DNA from: Candidatus Poribacteria bacterium
Lineage (GTDB): Bacteria > Poribacteria > WGA-4E > PCPOR2b
Assembly: GCA_965198175.1 (NCBI GenBank)
Contig: OZ240245.1
Location: 4,512,001-4,576,000 of the forward strand
Length of the DNA stretch: 64,000 nt
Direction: 5' to 3'
Below are positions 41,434 through 52,305 of the stretch, in pieces. Numbering within the stretch: the first letter of the stretch is position 1; every line of letters starts with the position of its first letter. The notes beneath the pieces were generated by a model. The model saw only the letters and a program-made list of their open reading frames with translations, was not told where the DNA came from and did no database searches. The position numbers and the translations under genes were made by a program.

Positions 41434-44400
41434 ATGGATAGCAGACCAAATCCTTCGCAAGAGTTTTCACCGGGTCAAATCGTCACCTTGAAATCAGATC
41501 CTTCGGTTCGCGGTGCAGTTGTTAGCGTGACGCCAGCAACCCCTGAAAACAGAGTTGGCGTTTTTGTTGATGGAAACGTTCAGACCTTTTACGCATCTCA
41601 GTTGCAGGTTGAAACCGAGCGTGACGACGAATTGCAGGATCTCACATGCGACCAATTTCACGCCTACCTGACTGCCCTGCAGATTCGCTATCCCGGCTTA
41701 TCGAATTTGTATTCGCTCAACGCGGCTCGTGTAGACTTCGTTCCCTACCAATACCGACCTGTCCTGAGATTCATCCGCTCCGATCGGCCGAGATTGCTAA
41801 TTGCCGATAGCGTCGGTGTGGGAAAAACCATTGAGGCAGGGTTGATTCTCCGAGAGTTGCAGGCGCGACGTGATATCAAATCTGTTCTCATCATTTGCCC
41901 TCGTCCCCTAGTCACCGAGCAAAAGTGGCGAAGGGAGATGAAAAGATTTTCCGAAGATTTTACTCATCTTGACGGGAAACTCTTACAATATTGCATCAAT
42001 GAAACACATTTAGCTGGGGAGTGGCCAGAGCAACATCAGAAGATCATTCTGCCCTACTCGTTGTTCGACAAAGAGCTTCTTCATGGTCGAGACGGCAATC
42101 AACGACGAAGGCGGACAAGAGGGTTGTTGGATCTAGATCCGCCCCCGCGTTTCGATCTAGTGATTGTAGACGAGGCGCACCACATCCGAAACCAGAACAC
42201 TGCCAATCACGAAGTTGTTCGGTTTTTCTGTGAGCATGCCGAAGCCGCGGTATTTCTAACCGCTACGCCTATCCAACTTGGCAGTCAAGACCTGTTTGTT
42301 CTGCTGAACACACTTCGTCCCGACCTTATCTTGGATGAGGAAGGCTTTAGACATATGTCGGAGCCAAACCTATTTATCAACCAAGCCGTTGATGCTGCGC
42401 GTTCGCAGGAGCGAGGATGGAGGCGTCAGGCAAGTATAGCCCTAAAGCAAGCCGCGGAAACCCCGTGGGGACAATCTATTCTGAGGAGTAATCCCGAATT
42501 CAGGCGCATCCGAAGTCAACTTTCAAGCGAATTAATCACCAATACGGAGCGGATACAACTCATTACGGATATTGAAGTGCTTCACACGTTCTCCGGCATC
42601 ATCAACAGAACCCGACGCCGCGACATCGGGGAGTTCACAATTCGCCGCTCACAAACCGTAGAGGTTGAATTAACCCCCGACCAAGAACAGATTCATGAAA
42701 TGGTGCTTGAGACGCAAGCGGAGATATTCCGCAGGCTTCACGGCGATCAGCATGTAAAATTTATGATGACGACAATCCGCAGACAACTCGCAAGTTGTCT
42801 ATACGGACTTGAACCGTTACTTGAAGAGATTCTGCGTCGCCATCTCGACGAACTTGCTTGGGCGGAAGCGGATTCTACGGAATCCATGCCACAAGAAGAG
42901 ACCGTGAATCGGATACAAGATCGGATTGAAGCGATACTTGAAAAGGTGAGGACCATAACCTCACCAGATCTGAAACTAGAAAAACTCCAAAAGATTATAC
43001 TTGAGAGGCATAACCTCCCCAATAACAAGGTGATGGTGTTTAGCAGTTTCCGTCATACACTCGCCTATCTTTTCAAACACCTAGAGTCCGATGGTATTCG
43101 CATCGGGATGGTGCATGGCGGGACACCGGATGAAGAACGGGTTGAGTTGAGGAATCGTTTTGAAACGTCGAAAGAGGAGAACGATAGTCTTGACGTAATG
43201 TTGTTCTCGGAAGTGGGGTGCGAAGGATTAGATTACCAATTCTGCGACTGTATTGTCAACTATGACCTGCCGTGGAACCCGATGAAGATTGAACAACGGA
43301 TAGGACGTATTGATCGAAAGGGGCAGAAGAGCGAGCACGTTACCATTATCAACCTGATAACGCCGGGGACGGTTGATGCAGATATTTATGAACGCTGCCT
43401 GCTCCGCATCGGTGTGTTCCAGAGTGCGTTGGGGGGCAGCGAAGAAATCCTCGGCGAAATTTCGACGGAACTCCGGGAAATCGCCGAGAATTTTGACTTA
43501 ACCGAGCAAGAACGAAGAACCAAGTTGCAGCAGTTGGCGGACAACCAGATTCGGTTGATACAGGAAAAAGAGCGGCTGGAAAATCAGCAGTTGGAGCTTT
43601 TCGGCATCCGTCTTCCAAACGACAGCATGGAGAAGGAGGTGGAAGATGCGTCCAGTTTCTGGTTGTCACCCGAATCTATACAGCGACTTGTCACGCTCTA
43701 TCTTCAAAGAAGATTGGAGCCTGAGCGAGAATACATCCTTGGTGAAAGGTCGCTAAAAACGCTGCGACTATCGGAATCAGCGAGAGGCACCTTATTGCGC
43801 GATTTGCAGCAACTTCCGAGAGAAAGGAGTCCAGTTTATAGAGAGTGGGAGAATTGGCTAAAGGGCGATGATCAACATCTACACGTTACGTTTGAGGCAG
43901 AGGGCGCGTCTCAACATCCTAAAGCCGCGTTCATCATGCCAATACACCCCTTAGTCAAACAAGCGGCACTGGCGCTAGAAAAGGAACAAAACGTATTCGC
44001 TGCCCTGAAAACCCAAACCCATGATGTTCCGGCAGGGCGTTACGATTTTGCGATTTACCAGTGGCAGTTTCACGGTATCAAAGAGGACATGATTCTGAAG
44101 TCCATTGCATTGGAGGAGGCGTTAACCCCAGATCTTAGCCGGCTATTAGAGAAGGCGTTGGATAGTGACGTGCAAGGGACCAATCAGCCGCCTATGCGGA
44201 ACGAATTAGAAACTTTGCACCAGCGCTTGTGGGCAGAAGCGCGTGAAGACCATCGACAGCGTACTAAAGCACTCGGGTCTTACCGCAGAGAGAGTCTATC
44301 AACGAGCCATCAGGCGCGTGTGGCGCTGTTGCGCGAACAATTGCGACAGGCAACCTCGGAAAACATCCGGAGGATGAGACAACACCAGATAGCCAATGCG

Positions 44401-44511
44401 GAGGCAGATTACAATCGACGCATTCGGGAGCTAGAAACTGCAATGGAGAGAGCCGACATTACGGCGGAGCTGGTAGCGTACGGGATTTTGGAAGTACAAA
44501 GAAACGCCTGA
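41434..44511 (+). CDS. SNF2/RapA-like helicase
   Basis: 'ADSVGVGKT', 'VDEAHH', 'LTATP', 'EGLD.QFC..IVNYDLPWNP..IEQRIGRIDR.GQ'; GAGG RBS before ATG 41434. Confidence 0.93.
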   Translation: MDSRPNPSQEFSPGQIVTLKSDPSVRGAVVSVTPATPENRVGVFVDGNVQTFYASQLQVETERDDELQDLTCDQFHAYLTALQIRYPGLSNLYSLNAARVDFVPYQYRPVLRFIRSDRPRLLIADSVGVGKTIEAGLILRELQARRDIKSVLIICPRPLVTEQKWRREMKRFSEDFTHLDGKLLQYCINETHLAGEWPEQHQKIILPYSLFDKELLHGRDGNQRRRRTRGLLDLDPPPRFDLVIVDEAHHIRNQNTANHEVVRFFCEHAEAAVFLTATPIQLGSQDLFVLLNTLRPDLILDEEGFRHMSEPNLFINQAVDAARSQERGWRRQASIALKQAAETPWGQSILRSNPEFRRIRSQLSSELITNTERIQLITDIEVLHTFSGIINRTRRRDIGEFTIRRSQTVEVELTPDQEQIHEMVLETQAEIFRRLHGDQHVKFMMTTIRRQLASCLYGLEPLLEEILRRHLDELAWAEADSTESMPQEETVNRIQDRIEAILEKVRTITSPDLKLEKLQKIILERHNLPNNKVMVFSSFRHTLAYLFKHLESDGIRIGMVHGGTPDEERVELRNRFETSKEENDSLDVMLFSEVGCEGLDYQFCDCIVNYDLPWNPMKIEQRIGRIDRKGQKSEHVTIINLITPGTVDADIYERCLLRIGVFQSALGGSEEILGEISTELREIAENFDLTEQERRTKLQQLADNQIRLIQEKERLENQQLELFGIRLPNDSMEKEVEDASSFWLSPESIQRLVTLYLQRRLEPEREYILGERSLKTLRLSESARGTLLRDLQQLPRERSPVYREWENWLKGDDQHLHVTFEAEGASQHPKAAFIMPIHPLVKQAALALEKEQNVFAALKTQTHDVPAGRYDFAIYQWQFHGIKEDMILKSIALEEALTPDLSRLLEKALDSDVQGTNQPPMRNELETLHQRLWAEAREDHRQRTKALGSYRRESLSTSHQARVALLREQLRQATSENIRRMRQHQIANAEADYNRRIRELETAMERADITAELVAYGILEVQRNA

Positions 44512-44594
44512 AAATTCGATTTTTTATTTGTAGATGTTTTCTGTTTGTAGATGTTTAATGAATATGGCTATGACACCTGCAAGGAGATGAACAC

Positions 44595-47500
44595 ATGCCG
44601 AGTGATTACAAAGCAATAACAGCACATAACGAAAAACAATTGGGGGAAGATACCGCCTCTCGCAAAACACAGGTCTCTATGTACTCAGATTCTACTCACT
44701 TTGTGTACGAGATTCTACAGAATGCAGATGACTATGGGGCTACGGAAGTATGCTTCAAACTTTCTAAAAATGATATTGTGATTGAACACAATGGAGAACC
44801 GTTTACTGAGAAAAATGTCGAGGCGATTACTTACTTCGGTAAAAGCACTAGCCGCGACGATCTCGTAAAAACAGGACGATTCGGTGTAGGCTTCAAGTCT
44901 GTTTTCGCTTTTACAGCAAAGCCAATCATCATTTCAGGCAATGAACACTTCCAAATATACGGTCTGTACCGCATTAGAGAATATCCCTATCCCGATGGTT
45001 TTTCACGTTGCCGGACTCGCATCGTTCTTCCCTTCAACCACGAATCCGAGCAACCGGACTTTGTCGAAAAACTAATGCGGCGAGAAGAAGCGTACACACA
45101 AATATCAGAATGTTTGACCAAACTCAACATGAACACATTACTGTTCACGCAAAATATTCAGGAATTTCGTTGGGAAATAGATAATCACTCCTCGTGTTAC
45201 CGGCGCGAAGATAAAATGGAAAATAATGTACGATTCACTACGATTACAAACGGTAAACGTGAAAATAAATACGTGGTATTCTCGAAAACTCCGAAGTGGA
45301 AGAATAAAGCGGTAGAGATCGCCTTTGTGGTCGATACGCCGGATCAACTTTCACCAATAGACAATGATTCCCTTTACGTACTCTTTAAGACAGAAGAAAA
45401 AACGGGCTTGAAATTCATACTTAATGGACCTTACCGTACTAACCCAGCCAGAGAAACAATATCAAAAACTGATGATTTCAATCTCCATCTTGTGAAGGTT
45501 ACATGCGAATTAATGAAGGATGCACTTCCCTATCTCAGAGACAAGAATCTACTAACGGTCGAATTTCTGTCGATTCTCCCAAATCAAAAGGACACACTAC
45601 AGGATTTCTACGCCCCGCTCCGTGATACTATAATTGGTGATTTTTGCAATGAAAAACTGACACCGACAAAACGGGGTAACCATGCCCCTGCATCAAGCCT
45701 GTATCGCGGGAGCCGCCAACTAATCAATCTGATTGACGATAGGGATTTGGCAACGCTTCTTGGAAGAAACAGTTCTGCACCACTGTGGGTTGCCATTCCT
45801 AAATTATTGAAACAACGAGACGAATTGGGGCGATATATCAGAGACGACGATGCACGCTTGCAAAACGAGAGGGTCGGCGATTTTTTTAACATGCTAGAAA
45901 TTGATGGATGGACAACCGAAGACTTTATAGAGGTGTTAGAAACCGAGTCTGAACAGGTAGTGGAATTGCTGCAAGGAAAATCGGAGGCATGGCACGAGGA
46001 ATTATATGTGTTTCTTGGCGAGTTTTTATCAACCACTTCGAATTCGCTTTATAGGCACGAGCGCACGCGCAGATTATCAAACCTTCGCATCGTTCGCTGC
46101 AGCGACAGTATCTACAGGGTTGGGAGTAAATGCCATTTCCCCGGTGTTGACACGGAAAATAGCGAAGATTTGCTCTCTGTCAGCACAGTTTCTGAAGAGG
46201 AGAGCCAGTCCCAGAGTCAAGTAGAAGATGAATACGAGGAAGATTTTCACTACGTTGCCAAAGGCGTTTACGCATCTGGGCAAAATAAAGATCAGCAGGA
46301 TAAAGCCCGTGGGTTTCTAAAAACTATCGGAGTTTGTGAGGTTGACGAAGTCGCACGGATTAAGGTAATTTTGAAGCAGCGATACACGCGTGGATTAATT
46401 AAACCTCGCAAGGCAGACTTGGAAAGATTCATTAAACTCGTGGCAGCGAATCTAAGTATGGCAGAGTTGTTCACATCTTACCCTATTTTTCAGATTGATA
46501 AGGATTTGGACAACAAAGGAGAGTGGAAAACCCCAAAAGAAATCTTTCTAGACTCTCCTCATCTTGATACCGGTTTGACAGCGTACTATGAAGCGCTTGA
46601 TGAGGACTCAGAAGGATGGAAATGGCCCTTGTCAGCGAAGAATGAGCGATCCGGTATAAGCCTAGAGCGGCTTGCAAAATTCGCCAAAGCGGTGGGAGTG
46701 GAGACAGAACTACAGATATCCAAGCACGATATTCCAGACGATCATCCTGAATGGAATCGGCTTAGGAATGCTCCAGGTGACCGGCTGACTGACACAAGCA
46801 TTAATGAAGATTATAGCATTTGTGAATTTAATGTCTTGTATGATAACCCTTCAATTGATAAAGCGAAGTTGATTTGGCGAACGATGCATTCTCTGTCTGA
46901 ACGTTATCTGAAAGCGCGGTTTCGACGGAACCAGTCAAATGAACTTCGAGATGCGAAATCTAATCTCGTACATTGTTTAAAGGAAACAGAATGGGTACCG
47001 CAGAAAGATGGCGATTCTATTTGCTTTGTACTTCCTCGGGTTGCACGGATCGAAGAGCTTCCTGATGGTTTTAAATGCGTAACGGGGCAAGCATGGCTTG
47101 AAGCCATCGAATTTGGTAAGATTGCTAGAGAACAGGAATCACAATATATCCAACCAAACCAACACGCAAGAGAAATGGGATTCGACTCCGATGACCATGC
47201 TAAGAAAATGGCAATAATTGCTAATGATTTGAAGGCACAAGGCAAATCCCTCGAGGAAATAATTGACAGAAACCGCCGCAAAGAACGGCGGAAAGAACTC
47301 CTCATTATAGATCTTAATCATGCTGATGAAAGGCGATATGAGGTTCGCGCGCGACGTATTAGAACCACCCGTGCCAGCATTGACCCCAGAACTCGCTTGG
47401 TAGAAGAGTATCCTACGGGAATAAACGAAGTAGAATGCCAGATGTGTAGACGGCCCATGCCGTTCAAAAAGTATAACTCTGATGACGACTACTTTGAGGC

Positions 47501-47774
47501 GGTGGAAGCATTAAACAAAAAGCATTTTCCGAAAGAACACGAAGCTCAATATTTGGCACTGTGTCCGGAATGTGCGGCAAAATACAAGGAATACGTAAAG
47601 CGCCGCAAAAAGGCTCGAAAAGCTTTATACAGAGTTCTGAAGGATTCAGATGACCCTGAAGTGTCATTAGAAATGAACGGCTTTACGATACGCATTAAAT
47701 TTACGGAGAAACACTGGCAAGATTTGAAAACGGTTCTATACTACTATGCGAACATCTATGAAGGTGAATGTTGA
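44595..47774 (+). CDS. Sacsin/NOV-like GHKL ATPase protein with C-terminal Cys-rich HNH-like domain
   Basis: 'FVYEILQNADD', 'HNGEPF', 'GRFGVGFKSVF'; C-terminal 'CQMC...YFEAVE...YLALCPEC'. Confidence 0.82.
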   Translation: MPSDYKAITAHNEKQLGEDTASRKTQVSMYSDSTHFVYEILQNADDYGATEVCFKLSKNDIVIEHNGEPFTEKNVEAITYFGKSTSRDDLVKTGRFGVGFKSVFAFTAKPIIISGNEHFQIYGLYRIREYPYPDGFSRCRTRIVLPFNHESEQPDFVEKLMRREEAYTQISECLTKLNMNTLLFTQNIQEFRWEIDNHSSCYRREDKMENNVRFTTITNGKRENKYVVFSKTPKWKNKAVEIAFVVDTPDQLSPIDNDSLYVLFKTEEKTGLKFILNGPYRTNPARETISKTDDFNLHLVKVTCELMKDALPYLRDKNLLTVEFLSILPNQKDTLQDFYAPLRDTIIGDFCNEKLTPTKRGNHAPASSLYRGSRQLINLIDDRDLATLLGRNSSAPLWVAIPKLLKQRDELGRYIRDDDARLQNERVGDFFNMLEIDGWTTEDFIEVLETESEQVVELLQGKSEAWHEELYVFLGEFLSTTSNSLYRHERTRRLSNLRIVRCSDSIYRVGSKCHFPGVDTENSEDLLSVSTVSEEESQSQSQVEDEYEEDFHYVAKGVYASGQNKDQQDKARGFLKTIGVCEVDEVARIKVILKQRYTRGLIKPRKADLERFIKLVAANLSMAELFTSYPIFQIDKDLDNKGEWKTPKEIFLDSPHLDTGLTAYYEALDEDSEGWKWPLSAKNERSGISLERLAKFAKAVGVETELQISKHDIPDDHPEWNRLRNAPGDRLTDTSINEDYSICEFNVLYDNPSIDKAKLIWRTMHSLSERYLKARFRRNQSNELRDAKSNLVHCLKETEWVPQKDGDSICFVLPRVARIEELPDGFKCVTGQAWLEAIEFGKIAREQESQYIQPNQHAREMGFDSDDHAKKMAIIANDLKAQGKSLEEIIDRNRRKERRKELLIIDLNHADERRYEVRARRIRTTRASIDPRTRLVEEYPTGINEVECQMCRRPMPFKKYNSDDDYFEAVEALNKKHFPKEHEAQYLALCPECAAKYKEYVKRRKKARKALYRVLKDSDDPEVSLEMNGFTIRIKFTEKHWQDLKTVLYYYANIYEGEC

Positions 47775-47789
47775 GGTCTCCACAGCCAA

Positions 47790-48030
47790 AAAAAAGAAGG
47801 TTTGCAGAAAAACCTACACTGACCTGTAACGAGGCGGCGATTAACTGCCTACCAACTGCTATCTTCCAAATTTAACGTCCCGTCAATGAAAAGGAAATGT
47901 GGGAAAAATTGTCGACGGAAATATCCCTGAATTTGAGGAAAATCCCTCAAATATGTTTGTTAATCTCTTTGGCCTCAACCCATCTCACATCTTCACTCAG
48001 TACAGAAGCCGAACACAACGATATGCGTCT
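47790..48030 (+). pseudogene. Methyltransferase remnant copy 2 / degenerate direct repeat of 41105-41340
   Basis: Shared blocks 'tacactgacctg', 'gcctaccaa.[c/t]gctatcttccaaatt.aacgtcccgtcaatga.aaggaa', 'acccatct'. Confidence 0.8.
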
Positions 48031-48188
48031 ACCTAGATAGTTCCCATTTCCCACCGTATTCGAGCGCAATTTTGGCATTCAGACCACCGCACAGGTGGAA
48101 AAATGCTTATAATCATTGGTTTGCGCCAAAAATTTCAGCTTGAGGCAACCTTTTTTGATTTTAAGTGTGGAAATTTAGGTGGGGGAAC

Positions 48189-48217
48189 TTGACATAGGGC
48201 AAATCTTATTGTATAAT
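48189..48217 (+). promoter_or_regulatory. Consensus sigma70 promoter of rpoBC
   Basis: TTGACA-N17-TATAAT, exact. Confidence 0.9.
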
Positions 48218-48305
48218 ATCAAGTTTGCGTGGTTTACAAATAGGATCATTGAAAATAAGTCAATACGCCATCCCCCTTTAACCTTCTAAGCATAAAGGTG
48301 AAAGC

Positions 48306-51300
48306 ATGTCCTACCGCATCAAATTTGGCAAGCGTGAACGACGACCCTTCGCAAAAATTCCAGAGATTATGAATCTCCCCGACCTGATTGAGGTCCAAAA
48401 GTTCTCCTACGACAAATTCTTACAGCGAAACGTCGATCCCGATGAACGTGAAGGTAGCGGGCTGCAAGCCATCTTAGGCGAAATTTTCCCAATTACTGAT
48501 TTCAGCGAAACTTCTAGCCTCGAATTTGTTAATTACACCCTTAGTCCCCCCAAATACGATATAAATGAATGCCAATCTCGCGGATTTACCTATGCTGTTC
48601 CGCTCAAGATTCGCGTTCGTTTGGTCTTTCGAGAACAGGATAAAGACACAGGTGACAAGGTCACGATCGACATCAAAGAAAACGAAGTCTATATGGGCGA
48701 AATTCCCCTGATGACGGAAAATGGCACCTTCGTAATCAACGGTGCGGAACGGGTGATTGTTAGCCAACTCCACCGTTCGCCTGGGACAAGCTTTAGCGAG
48801 GATACCCATACCAGCGGCCAGAAGCTTTTCATGGCAAGGATTATCCCGTATCGCGGCGAGTGGATCGAGTTTGAATGCGACATCAAAGATTTGATTCATG
48901 TCCGTTTGGCTCGGCGCAAAAAGATGCTCGTCACTGTGCTGCTTCGCGCACTCGGTTGGGAAACCGATGAGCAAGTTCTCAAGCTATTTGCAAAAGTCGA
49001 CAGATACGCAGTTGTGAACGACCTGGCTACAGTTCAGGCGCTGGAAGGTCGAGTCACAGCCAGTCCTGTCGTCAATCCGAATACCGGAGAAGTGCTGTTG
49101 GAAGCCAACACAGAGCTGACGGATGATCGCGTGACTGTAATCATGGATTCGGGAGTCGGTGAGATTGAAGTATTAGATGAAAAAGATGCAGAACAAATCC
49201 GATTATTAAGGAATACCCTCGAACGTGACCGCCAATCTGATTACAGAGCTGGGCACATTCAGGATCAAGCCCTGGTGGAAATTTTCCGCAAACTGCAACC
49301 GGGCGATCCGCCGACGCTTGAGAGCGCGCGTAATCGTTTTGAAAAGATGGTCTTCGATCCAGTCCGATATGACCTCTCCCGAGTCGGACGTTACAAGCTC
49401 AATGAAAAACTAGGTGGGCTTTCTATTTACCATAATGGCGGCGGAATAGTTGATGAAACTGTGCGTATCCTGCGGAAAGAAGATATTGCAGCAGCGCTCA
49501 AATACCTTATTGACCTCCAAAACGGCGACGGAGAAACGGACGATATCGATCACCTAGGCAATCGTCGCGTGCGAGCGGTCGGGGAGTTGCTGCAAAACCA
49601 GGTGCGGATGGGAATAATGCGCGTTATGCGGGCAACCCGTGAACGGATGACAATCCAGGAGCTCGAAAACACCACGGCGACGGATCTCATCAATCCCAAA
49701 CCGCTGGCAGCGGCAATTAAAGATTTCTTCGGATCTAGCCAACTCTCCCAGTTTATGCAGCAGACCAACCCGCTAGACGAATTGACCCATAAACGTCGAC
49801 TCAGCGCGCTTGGTCCGGGGGGATTGCATCGTGAACGAGCAACTTTTGAGGTCCGCGATGTCCACCGAACTCACTACGGCAGGGTGTGTCCGATTGAGAC
49901 ACCAGAAGGGCCCTCCGTTGGCTTGATTGTCTCGTTGAGCACGTATGCGCGGGTGAACACCTACGGTTTTCTGGAGACTCCGTACCGGAAGGTGGTCCAT
50001 GGGCAAGCCACAGATCAGATTGACTATCTGACGGCGGACAAAGAGGATGATTTCGCCATTGCACAAGCGAACACTGTACTTGATGACGGCGGTAACCTGG
50101 TTGAGGATGAGCTGGTTGCGCGATTCAAGGGGGATTTTCCCCGGAAATCGCCCAAAGAAATAGATTACATTGATGTGTCCCCCAAGCAGATTGTAGGCGT
50201 CTCCGCGGCGCTCATTCCTTTCCTTGAACATGACGATGCGAACCGAGCATTAATGGGAAGTAACATGCAGCGCCAGGCTGTGCCTCTGATTAGCCCCCAG
50301 GCGCCTCGAATCGGTACTGGTATGGAATCCAAAGCCGCTCGAGATTCGGGTGCGGTGGTTCTGGCAAAGCGAGACGGAACTGTTGAAAGTGTTTCCGCCT
50401 CTGAGATTATTATCCGCACCGATGACGCCTTTCATGTTGATGGCGGGGAACAATCCTTTTCGGAGATGGGCTACGATGTCTACCGCCTAATGAACTTTAG
50501 GCGATCCAACAATGGGACATGTATCCACCAACGTCCTTGTGTTGATGTCGGCGAAAAGGTTAAAGCCAGACAAGTAATTGCCGATGGCACATCGACCGAT
50601 AACGGCGAACTTGCACTGGGCAGCAATGTGCTCGTAGCGTTTATGCCGTGGGAGGGCTATAACTTTGAGGACGCCATTTTAATCAGTGAGTCACTGGTCA
50701 CTGATGATACTTTTACCTCTATCCATATTGATGAGTTTGAAGTTGAAGCACGAGATACGAAGATGGGTAGAGAAGAAATTACCCGTGATATTCCTAACCT
50801 CCCTGAGGAAGCGCTTAGCCAACTTGACGATGAGGGAATCATCCGAGTCGGATCAATCGTAAAACCGGGCAGTATTCTCGTCGGGAAGGTGACTCCGAAA
50901 GGTGAGAGCGATCTCGGACCGGAAGAGAAGTTGTTGCGTGCTATCTTCGGAGAGAAAGTGGGAGAAGTGCGCGACGCTTCGACGTATGCCCGGACGGGAG
51001 TTGAAGGCGTAGTAATCGATGTCAGGGTTTTTTCTCGAAGGGATCGGGATAAGGATCGCCAGGCACAACTTCGGGAAGCTGCCAAAGAAAAAGAAGTAGA
51101 GAAAGAGTGGGGATCCAAATGCGCACTAATTCAGCAGCGTGAAGTTGCAGAGATTCGAAACGCACTATTAGGCGGGACGCTCGCCACCGATATCCGTAAA
51201 CCCGGACCAGAGGATTTGGAAGAAGAGATTGTGGCGCGACGTGGAGATGTGGTTACTGAAGAGATGATTGACAGTAGTGCTCCTCTTGGAGATTTTCATG

Positions 51301-52223
51301 TGACCGATTCTGAAGCGATGGAACGTATTGCCCGCATTCGTTATTTGGCGCAAGGTCGAGTTGCAGCCTTAGCAACGGAAAAGGAGGCGATGATTGAGAA
51401 GATTCGCAAAGGGGATGAACTCAAGCCGGGCGTAATCAAACTCGTGAAGGTCTTTGTGGCGAATCGTCGAAAAATTGCTGTTGGTGATAAGATAGCAGGG
51501 CGGCATGGGAACAAGGGAGTGGTGGCAAAAATTCTTCCGGAGGAAGACATGCCGTATTTGGAGGACGGCACCCCTGTGGAAATTGTGTTAAACCCTTTGG
51601 GCGTACCCTCGCGCATGAACGTTGGACAGATTCTCGAAACACATCTCGGCTGGGCGGTTGAAAAATTAGGTTTATACATCGCAACACCTGTTTTTGACGG
51701 TGCCACAGAAAGCGAGATTCGAGAATTGTTGAAGAAAGCTGGACTTCCACCAACAGGAAAGGCGAAACTTTACGATGGTAGAACTGGTGCCCCTTTCGAG
51801 CAGGAAATCACAGTCGGCTATGCCTATATCCTTAAGTTGAACCATCTGGTCGATGATAAAATTCACGCCCGCAGTACGGGACCATATTCCTTGGTGACCC
51901 AGCAACCGCTGGGTGGGAAAGCCCAACAAGGTGGGCAACGATTTGGCGAGATGGAAGTTTGGGCGTTGGAGGCTTACGGTGCCGCTTACACACTTCAAGA
52001 GTTGTTGACCATCAAATCGGATGATGTCGCCGGCAGAAGTAAGATTTATGAAGCCATTGTTAAGGGCGAAAATGCCCCGGCTCCTGGCACACCGGAGTCC
52101 TTTAACGTGCTAGTGAAGGAACTACAGAGTTTATGTCTGGATGTTAATCTGGAGGAAATAGGTGATATCCCCGAAGAACTTGAGTTTGATCCGGATGCGA
52201 CCAATTGGGAAGAAAAGAATTGA
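48306..52223 (+). CDS. rpoB: DNA-directed RNA polymerase beta subunit
   Basis: '[21 protein letters not shown]', 'GSNMQRQA', '[12 protein letters not shown]', '[17 protein letters not shown]'. Confidence 0.99.
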   Translation: MSYRIKFGKRERRPFAKIPEIMNLPDLIEVQKFSYDKFLQRNVDPDEREGSGLQAILGEIFPITDFSETSSLEFVNYTLSPPKYDINECQSRGFTYAVPLKIRVRLVFREQDKDTGDKVTIDIKENEVYMGEIPLMTENGTFVINGAERVIVSQLHRSPGTSFSEDTHTSGQKLFMARIIPYRGEWIEFECDIKDLIHVRLARRKKMLVTVLLRALGWETDEQVLKLFAKVDRYAVVNDLATVQALEGRVTASPVVNPNTGEVLLEANTELTDDRVTVIMDSGVGEIEVLDEKDAEQIRLLRNTLERDRQSDYRAGHIQDQALVEIFRKLQPGDPPTLESARNRFEKMVFDPVRYDLSRVGRYKLNEKLGGLSIYHNGGGIVDETVRILRKEDIAAALKYLIDLQNGDGETDDIDHLGNRRVRAVGELLQNQVRMGIMRVMRATRERMTIQELENTTATDLINPKPLAAAIKDFFGSSQLSQFMQQTNPLDELTHKRRLSALGPGGLHRERATFEVRDVHRTHYGRVCPIETPEGPSVGLIVSLSTYARVNTYGFLETPYRKVVHGQATDQIDYLTADKEDDFAIAQANTVLDDGGNLVEDELVARFKGDFPRKSPKEIDYIDVSPKQIVGVSAALIPFLEHDDANRALMGSNMQRQAVPLISPQAPRIGTGMESKAARDSGAVVLAKRDGTVESVSASEIIIRTDDAFHVDGGEQSFSEMGYDVYRLMNFRRSNNGTCIHQRPCVDVGEKVKARQVIADGTSTDNGELALGSNVLVAFMPWEGYNFEDAILISESLVTDDTFTSIHIDEFEVEARDTKMGREEITRDIPNLPEEALSQLDDEGIIRVGSIVKPGSILVGKVTPKGESDLGPEEKLLRAIFGEKVGEVRDASTYARTGVEGVVIDVRVFSRRDRDKDRQAQLREAAKEKEVEKEWGSKCALIQQREVAEIRNALLGGTLATDIRKPGPEDLEEEIVARRGDVVTEEMIDSSAPLGDFHVTDSEAMERIARIRYLAQGRVAALATEKEAMIEKIRKGDELKPGVIKLVKVFVANRRKIAVGDKIAGRHGNKGVVAKILPEEDMPYLEDGTPVEIVLNPLGVPSRMNVGQILETHLGWAVEKLGLYIATPVFDGATESEIRELLKKAGLPPTGKAKLYDGRTGAPFEQEITVGYAYILKLNHLVDDKIHARSTGPYSLVTQQPLGGKAQQGGQRFGEMEVWALEAYGAAYTLQELLTIKSDDVAGRSKIYEAIVKGENAPAPGTPESFNVLVKELQSLCLDVNLEEIGDIPEELEFDPDATNWEEKN

Positions 52224-52305
52224 GCTTAGAAATTATATGGAAGATTAAGGTTAATGAAAAGTACGAAACTTTTCAAATACCCGTATGTATATAAGGAGAA
52301 ACGCC

